Sequence record: NC_047815.1
DNA: 64,000 bases
Direction: 5' to 3' (one strand)
Shown here: positions 63,570 through 64,000 of the stretch, in pieces
Layout of the letters: each line of letters opens with the position of its first letter
How positions within the stretch are numbered: position 1 is the stretch's first letter
The notes under the pieces: generated by a model
Databases searched by the model: none
What the model was told of the DNA's origin: nothing
What the model saw: only the letters and a program-made list of their open reading frames with translations
Translations under genes and position numbers: made by a program

Positions 63570-64000
63570 CGTTGAGAAGTATGAGGCACTGCGTGATGTG
63601 ATGATAGCGATCAGCTATTCACTGAAAGTTATGCAGTATCCCTCGCTTCAGGCTTCTCTTGTGCAGCACAACAACCTGCTTGTGTTGAGTCACATTTGGT
63701 TCTGGGGAAAACCCAGTGACCAGTGGAGCTACTTTAAAAACCCTGTAGGTCAAACGAATCTTGTGTGGCTGGTGATGCAGCTTACGGGTGTTGCCTGTTA
63801 CTTCGGACTGACCCCTGTTGTTCACAGCTTTCACAGTTCTGGTTCTAATCCTCGTATGCTCGACACTATTCAACAGGTCAATCGACAGATTAGTGATCGC
63901 GCTCAGTATCAACGAGACAGACAGTTTGAACGCTGTGTAAGTCAAGAACTCGGTCTGCCTCCAACAGCCTTCTATGTATTACGGGAATTAAATTCCAATG
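63529..64000 (+). CDS. Partial hypothetical CDS running off the right edge
   Basis: Hand translation from ATG 63529: MTKRNLTKQTWKSDVEKYEALRD..., open to the end of the window. Confidence 0.65.
   Translation, partial: MTKRNLTKQTWKSDVEKYEALRDVMIAISYSLKVMQYPSLQASLVQHNNLLVLSHIWFWGKPSDQWSYFKNPVGQTNLVWLVMQLTGVACYFGLTPVVHSFHSSGSNPRMLDTIQQVNRQISDRAQYQRDRQFERCVSQELGLPPTAFYVLRELNSN

Noticed and set aside
1-64000. tRNA or rRNA genes, integrase, transposase
   Set aside because: No cloverleaf or T-loop consensus and no recombinase motifs found by eye; tRNAscan-SE would be decisive.

Overview
64 kb of a jumbo myovirus genome with no tRNA, rRNA or CRISPR seen. It is densely coding, almost all on the minus strand up to about 56 kb, then mostly plus. 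Virion genes (contractile tail sheath, Ig-like repeat protein, possible neck proteins, GH108 endolysin) are interleaved with a mosaic replication/recombination set. That set comprises a family A DNA polymerase with a UDG-like N-domain, a beta-clamp-like protein, a DnaX-like clamp loader, DnaG primase, a UvsW-like helicase with a possible UvsY, SbcC/SbcD, RuvC, a Cas4-like nuclease and a 1951-aa SNF2 protein. From memory, and not from a database search, this gene mix resembles the 'hairy' jumbo myoviruses of Erwinia/Dickeya/Pseudomonas (Y3, JA11, AD1, Lu11 type). The most notable unexplained signals are: (1) a ~480-nt minus-strand intergenic element at 46767-47243 built from about ten helices, a long-range closing stem and a pseudoknot, a candidate new large ncRNA; (2) a shared N-terminal peptide ME(I/K)(V/I/L)(V/I)S(L/I/F)S(A/Q) on five unrelated proteins, a candidate capsid-targeting or processing signal; (3) a second, exonuclease-less family-A-like polymerase beside a 500-bp repeat-rich intergenic region; (4) two phage-specific promoter-like motifs, TGTAAATA and CTAATTT, that largely separate replication genes from structural genes; and (5) a Tlde1/DUF2778-like peptidoglycan enzyme near the lysis genes. 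All product calls come from motifs read by eye.
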